DNA of 53,938 nt, the filler included, from Sphacelaria rigidula (taxonomy: Eukaryota): NCBI GenBank assembly GCA_964200075.2. It is 5 parts of 5 records of this genome, joined end to end, with 100 filler letters (N's around TTAATTAATTAA, not from the genome) between each part and the next. Parts side by side here need not be neighbours in the genome. Positions count along the whole stretch, not along the records: positions 43,232 to 53,938 come from CAXNAA020006049.1; 4 more parts are not named here. The stretch is one strand, 5' to 3'. This document shows, one piece after another, positions 47,401 through 53,938 of this stretch. The notes beneath the pieces are model-generated. The model did not search any database. It had not been told where the DNA came from and was given only the letters and a program-made list of their open reading frames with translations. A program made the translations under genes and the position numbers. Within the stretch, counting starts at the first letter, position 1. Each line of letters starts with the position of its first letter.

Positions 47401-50400
47401 TCTCTCTAGTGCGCACTGCTGCAGCGCACAGCATCAGATATAGCGATGTGGAACTGTTGACTTTTGTTTGCACAATATATGGGCGAAGTTTCCGCGCCTC
47501 GTAGCGGCTACAGCGCGCGTAGGGCCGTGCGTCATGAACTGCGCAGCTCTACAGACTCTATGCGGATCGGTACACTACAGATGGTCATGATCCAGAAAGG
47601 GTCACAGTACAGACCGGAGTCAGTTTGCCACCAAATGGGCCGCCCAGCCGCTCAACATGTCGAAGTTGTGCATCTGCGCGTGCATATATGTATTTGCCTG
47701 TAGTGCACGAAGTCTGGGCTGCGGGATAGCCGATTTGAGGGCGCAACGACGGCATTCCCCGAAATCGCTTGTGGCCATGTTGTAACTTTGTCCTGGGTCC
47801 AATCGTGCGGGCGCTTTGCACATCATATGCTGTCTGTACTGTGTCCGACAAGTGTGCAAAGTTTCGTCATGGAAGGCGCAGTCGCAGGCGAGAAATCCAC
47901 AAGCAAAGTTGCACTGGAAATTGGTAGTTTACCGTAGGGAAGTGTCCAAATGAAAATGATATGTGGTTACGCGCTGGTTACGCCGCATATCAAATGCGGT
48001 TACGCAGTATCACGGAACGGGTACTGTCCGTAGACAGTACATTGCATAGCGTATTATACTGCACTTCATAGTGGTCATGACAGAGTTTTCAAATTTCAAA
48101 GCCATCAGCTGCGCCGCGAGACCTGCATGCAAACGATCGTGCCGTTCGCGTTTTCTTCGAAAGCAATTGAGGTGCTTCTTTTTCAGGCGGATTACACACT
48201 CAATATACTACGCCCAAGGCGTGGTGATGCGCTGGAACGCGAAGCGTGGTCGACACCTATCGTCGTACCATGGGGCTCGCAAGGCACCCGTACCGAGCAA
48301 CACCATGGACACCACCGAACGCGGGACAGAATCACGTTCTCAGCTTGCAATTTGTGCCGACGAGCCAGCCTTGAAAATAGCTTTTCAGTTATATGCCGTG
48401 TGTCGGGCCGTAGGTTCTCCCTCTGGGAAACCTCGCTCGTGTGGACAACACCTACTTTGCGGATGATCCCAGTTGATAATTCATGCAATGACTCTTGTAT
48501 GCGAAAATCCACCCGCAATCATTCACCTCATTCCTCCTACCACCACCGGGTGAAAAATAAAGTTAACGGCTACTCATACAACAACCCGTGTACCGGGCTT
48601 GACAACTCACTCTCATGCCTTCCTCGACCTGCATCAGGAGCTGCGAGTATGCCTCTTTCTTGTTCGTCCTGTATAAGAAGCCACAACATGACGCGGGCCA
48701 CAAAACATGCTGCATGAAGGGATGCTAGGCTACAGACAGCCAAGGGGTGGGGAGTACGGAAAGAGAGGGTATCCGTAAAAGCCCGCGTTCCGACGGTTGT
48801 TCAATCGCGATCATGAAACTTGACTGCGGTGCTGGAAGACGCACGTGGAAGCTAGATGTGCGTTGATTCCGACATGTGGAGGCATAAAACCGAACCAACC
48901 AAAGCAATATGCTGCTCATGCTTGACGTCACCCAAAAGTATCCGAGTCATCTAGAGCATTCTAGTTGTCAACAGCGACAAACTTCGCGACGAAACTCACT
49001 TGTACAGGTCGTAAAGCTCCTCGGAGATGCGAACTGGAGGACCGAACTCCACCACAGCTCTTGCTCTGAAGCGGTGACCCCGGAAATAGTTGAGTCCGAT
49101 TGGTACTACTGGCACATTCACCCCGTGCTTGTCGAGAGTGCCGAAGGCAATCACGGCTAACCCCGCCTAAAATGACAAAAGGGATACCGTAACGAACGTA
49201 CTGGTCAACATTGTGCGCGCTGAAAATCACATCAGCCACGATACGTATTTGAACCTGTGACAGGAAGACTTGCGTTCTAAGAATTCGTATAGGTTGGCAA
49301 GGACGGGCCCGGGGCAGTTTACTGTACTCACAAAACAAGTGTGTAGCTATTGCCATGGATTCCGTGACATCTTGGTATGTGGTCTGGATGTTGCTTACAC
49401 CCAGAATCAGGTCGTCGTTCACCCGAATCACACATCGTTACTCCTTATCCTTGCAGTTACACAATACCCTGGTCTAGCCTTCACCTCGGGCTTGCGTGCG
49501 CATCTCGCCTCTCTTGTCTTCCAGTGGAATACTCATGTCAAACCGAACCTAGTATAGTACGCAACAGGGATCAGCATACCAACAGCAAGCCGCTGAAAAC
49601 ACAACAACGTGAGATCAGAGGCGGGTCGTGCCGAGCTTACCTTGAGCGGAAGTAGGTCCGTTCGGTCGTGGGAACCGCCTTCCGGGAATATCTGCAAGTG
49701 AACCCAACCAAGAAGGCAACGACAGAATAGGGTAAAAGATCCGCCTGCTGCCTCGTGCGGCGGGATTCCGGGTACCGATTCGTGCTGCACAAATCCTGCA
49801 TGAGTCTTGGCAATGGCGTTGCTACGGCAACCACCCTAGTTCAAATCAATACTACTGCCGATAGGATGGTTTGCCTCCCCGCCGTAAAGCGAACTCCAAG
49901 CAAACACAGCGATTGAACCACGCGAGGCATGCCGAAGCAGAACGTAGGGAAATATCCACAGGAAACAAATGGGACTGACTGGCCATCTACTCCTGCCGCT
50001 ACGCCCCACGGAAAACGTGCTGACGTCGTAAAACATCATGAGTAGGATCGACGACTCGACGACTCACCCCGAGACACTTTCCCCTTGCCAAGGCGCCGTG
50101 CACGAAGTCGAATACTTTGCCCTGATCCACGTACTTCAAAACGTCGAACGTACTTGGCCCCAACTGCGCGAGAAAAATTGCGAAACGAGCATGCGAAAAA
50201 AAAATCACGTCACGCCATGTGCACTGCCGTATGCACGCCGTCCCCTCGATGATGTAGGTTTCAGCAACCACGCTCGAGGAACGAACACCCACGTCCCAGC
50301 ATGACCTTCAAGAGCGGAGAAATACTTCAGCGGGTCGTATGGCATCCCATGCATGCTGTCGTGTATAACTTCAGTTTGATGTAGTACGAACGACATCACC

Positions 50401-52878
50401 GTGTTATGGAACATTTGCCGCGAGCTGAAGGTGGTCATGAACATCGCTCTGCCCGTAACAAGGTCTGCATGTCGGCTAAGCGCTCCAACACGGAGTTATA
50501 CGCTGTGAGAAGCCAACGATGACGGCTCATTGTGCAAATCCCAGAAAAGATACGATGAAGTCACCTCCGCGTAGTCTTCCGGTACAGGGTACGCCAGCCG
50601 CATTGACGTATCGCTCAGAATCTCCGCAATCTGATGAGCAATACACCAGCGCGAGGAATTGTGCGGAGGAGTCTGTCAGCCAACACAAGACCAGGTCTGG
50701 ATTTCGAACGGTGCCTGAGAAATGAGGCGAAGCGCGAAGAGCTTGACAGAAGCGTTCCATCATGCAGAGGGCGTGCGAATCACAAAACGAAGCCTGTTGA
50801 GCAGGGGCCGCAAAACCGCGGTGATGCGTGCCATTCGCGCGATTCCTCCCCACTGATCTTCCGTTTCTCACCTTCAATTGCTCAGACTTTCCACGGAAGC
50901 GCAGCTTATCCCCATCCTGAAATAGTTCAGTGAACCGCGTGTTGACTCCCGTGACCATGACGCCGTCTGCGGTGACGGTTTCGCTTGAGGGTCGCTTCAT
51001 CGCCGAGTCCTGTCATCAAAATATTTAGAGGTACGCCGACACATTTTGTCTTCCTTCTCCGGTAACCACTACATCGTTTAAAAATGCCGGGCAAATTTCT
51101 ACGGCATATCGTGTCGGCCTAATGTTACGCTGTGGATACTGAAGTACCCTATAACATGCGCAAAAACACAATATGTTGGAGGTTGCTGTTTGCACCCGAG
51201 CGTTGACTGAAACTCACAACTGGGTTGTATCCCACATGACTGCCACGAGACAGTCTGGTCGAGCCTCCAGGTAATCAACACACGAACCCGCTTGTGGGGT
51301 CAGTGTTGGATTAGGTTCCTCCTTCCGTCAAGGAGAAAAAATAAAAAAACGGGTTGGTGATGCAGCAAAACGAAATTCCTGCACCTCACCTCAACACATC
51401 TTGTCACACTTCAAACGCACACGAGCCCCTTTACCGCTATTGCAGTTCCTCGTGATGCAGGCAACATATATGATGCGCTTTCGAGTACATTTCACACAAT
51501 GTACCGCCAGATAGATGAAAAGTGTCTCTAGCTCATTCAGCACGTAATTGTGATGACAGAACGACTCGAAGAATGCCCGCGAGGCCGAAACAGTCCTTTG
51601 TACGTACGGGCCCTTGCCATGACCAAGAATATTGCCCCAATGCACAATTTGGTGTCACTACTCGTTGCGTGCATCTGCGGTGTTACCTGTGGTCGGGTAA
51701 CCGGAATACATGCCATAGCTCGCGCAAAGAATCCAGGCACCATGCGGTCCCAGCTCTTCTGGGCAATCAGCCACCCCACTTTGTGTCCACAGGTGGTGAT
51801 TATCTGGACAAGGAGGGGAAGGACTGATTGAGAGAAAAACGCCTTGCTGACAGCTGCCCAGAATCAAAGCTCCGACTACCACCTGTTGCCCACTTCACAG
51901 CGCAAGGGTTCAGCTCTAAAGAAGCACTGGGCGCACACGGACTAGTGGGACAGTTTTAGTGTCACATCAGCCAAACGACACGGAACCCTGCAGTCTTTGG
52001 TGGAAGATTTGCCTCGTAGGCCGAAGTCATGAAACACGTATTTTTTGCTGAGCACTCGGAGCACAATCTCTCCCGCTGAATAACACCACCCTTTTTGCCT
52101 GCATCAACACACGGCAACACAAGGAAGGCTCAGTACCGTCGGTCATGTTCCAAGGTCAGGGAGCGCAAAATGGGTTGGAAGAACAAGAACTACTCATCTG
52201 CACGACTTGTAAAAGGCGAACCTGAAGAGCATCCACGAACTGGTTGGCATGATTCCCCGTGAAAATAATCGGGCCTTCCTCGGGAACATTGCTCATGCCG
52301 ATCACGTCCACCTGCATCACATGGAGGGCGTTACCGGCGGGAATGTCAGAGTTCTCTCCACAAACACAATAATACGGTCAACCATGGGATGGAGAGGACA
52401 CTATTTCTCCGTACAGTGATGTGATTTGAGGTACGCACACAGGCTCTCGCAACTAACAGATTACGTGGTAGACACTTAACACAACATTGCCGAACTGGTT
52501 TCCGCGCCAAAATCTGCAACACTGACACCACAATAATGGCTGAAAGCTCGGCACGCTGCGCTCAAAGGAAGACCGCGGTTCAGAGATTCGGTCTGCATGA
52601 CACCTTACACAGCCCCAGCCAAACGATAGAACTTACAGTATCTCCAGGCAGCGAGTCTATACGAGCTAGCTACCTCGTGGACAGTGTTGAGCATTTTGAC
52701 CGTGGCGAGCAATACCTTCTTGAAAAAAATGCTGATGATTGACGTGAAGAAAATCCGAATTGAGAAGTACACGATGTCGGCCCACTGTCCAGCGAGGAGT
52801 GATAAGAACATGAACACGAATGGCGTGGCGAACAGGGAAGGCCTCACGCCTAGCGACCAGGCCATGATCTTGATGGGA
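44443..52878 (-). CDS. Glycerol-3-phosphate O-acyltransferase, Sct1/Gpt2-like (PlsC acyltransferase domain); termini unresolved
   Basis: Fifteen phase-compatible GT-AG exons: 52878-52716, 52311-52222, 51803-51687, 51009-50872, 50630-50565, 50163-50068, 49691-49641, 49166-49000, 48668-48611, 47263-47114, 46704-46603, 46191-46067, 45772-45598, 45144-45016 and 44574-44443. Motifs GPIIFTGNHANQFVD, IPVTRPQD, GIFPEGGSHDRTDLLPLKAG, VPIGLNYFRGHRFRARAVVEFG, VTAPDY and KKALAGSVVKIAGRDV are characteristic of yeast Sct1/Gpt2-type enzymes. Confidence 0.95.
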
Positions 52879-53871
52879 CTGGACGGCAGCGGACAGCAGA
52901 CAGCAGACGTAAGCAACAAGGGCGGGATCAGTACAACCCATAGACCACCTCCAGTACTAACTAACTACTTCGGCTGAGAACAAGGCCTCTAGCTGTCCAT
53001 CGTACGGGCTATCGCAGAGCCACATGGCCCACGCGTGCTATATCGCTGTTTCGCTGTCCTGCTGCACGATGCAGTGCCGTGATTGCTTTTGCTCAATCTA
53101 GCAAGTAACGGTAACAGCACAGTGCGTAAGTGTTGTTGAAAAAACGTACCGTATCGTACGGTGAGGGCATCTTATCTTGACCTCTTGGCCGCGAACTATT
53201 ATACAACAGACAAGTGGCGTCCATGTACGCCAATGTGAACGTTTGTAACTTGATTCAATATGCAATTGGTTGTTCGGGAAATACCCAACGGTTTCCGCAG
53301 TCAAAAAAATGAAAAGAAAAAAAAACAGAAACCAAATGCGTGCTGTGAGTGTGTCCCGCCAACCCGAATTGCAACCAAACTGCTGTCGATTGTTCAAGCC
53401 CCAAGAATATCCCAACGCTTGCCTGGAATAGAAAATGTCAACGCCTTCATCGAATGTACGGCGACAAAAGATCGCGTGGTCCTTAGCGTGTGTGTGTCAG
53501 TGCATTTCGAGATGCAAATGTGGGCCTTACATTCCAGGGCACGCTGCATCGCGTGCAGACACCTACAAAATAATGCACACTCATCCACAGGTAATCTGAA
53601 TCGAATACGAGCAAGGGCAGGTTTGGTCGAATCCCTTGCCTTCCGTTTCGGGCGTGCATCAACAATGTGTAGAAGCAACTGCGTAGTCTTTTCGCCCCAA
53701 GTGTGCAACTTTGGCACCGTTCTGTGCTGTGCCGTTTTACAAAAACCACTACAATCCAACTTCAACTTCCTCTCCAATCGGATCGAATTGAATCGAATCA
53801 AAGCCAACACAACACAACGCACACCATACGCGCTTGAGCAAGAGATATCTTGAGGTCTGTCGAGTACTGAT

Positions 53872-53918
53872 GGGGGGGGGGGGCGTACTCATTTGTTGCT
53901 TGCCTTAGTCATTTGACC
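53872..53918 (-). repeat. Repeat terminus, family P2 (inverted copy of 10810-10854)
   Basis: Exact reverse complement, including the poly-G/C run. Confidence 0.85.
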
Positions 53919-53938
53919 ATTGACCACGCATCCCTTTC

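Noticed and set aside
48127..48717. 196-aa plus-strand ORF, and similarly 53260-53853 and 34168-34818
   Set aside because: They lie antisense to or within introns or flanks of identified genes and have no recognisable domains.
1..53938. tRNA, rRNA or prokaryotic operon and defence systems
   Set aside because: None were recognisable by eye; gene structure is spliceosomal throughout. A tRNAscan-SE/Infernal run would be needed to exclude small ncRNAs.

Overview
This is eukaryotic nuclear DNA, most likely a brown alga (Phaeophyceae) or a close stramenopile. The taxon is inferred from intron-rich GT-AG genes, an EsV-1-7 repeat protein and a flagellar PACRG gene. The window is not one locus: it is five unrelated contigs of about 10.7 kb (1-10709, 10810-21517, 21618-32324, 32425-43131, 43232-53938) sorted by length and joined by artificial N44-TTAATTAATTAA-N44 linkers. 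Most ORF-track entries are spurious, so genes were rebuilt by splicing exons by hand. Contig 1 holds a 4-TM membrane protein ORF and the 5' part of an organelle-targeted family I inorganic pyrophosphatase. Contig 2 holds a PACRG-family gene, contig 3 an EsV-1-7 cysteine-repeat protein, contig 4 the S1-S6 region of a TRP-like cation channel, and contig 5 a 15+ exon Sct1/Gpt2-type glycerol-3-phosphate acyltransferase. Introns and intergenic DNA are full of small transposon relics: hAT-type MITEs with 8-bp TSDs, a TA-flanked MITE, LTRs, LINE 3' ends and a family of repeats ending in poly-C. I see no convincing new multi-gene system. The best leads are the poly-C-terminated repeat families, a possibly Orai-like 4-TM protein and the EsV-1-7 gene.
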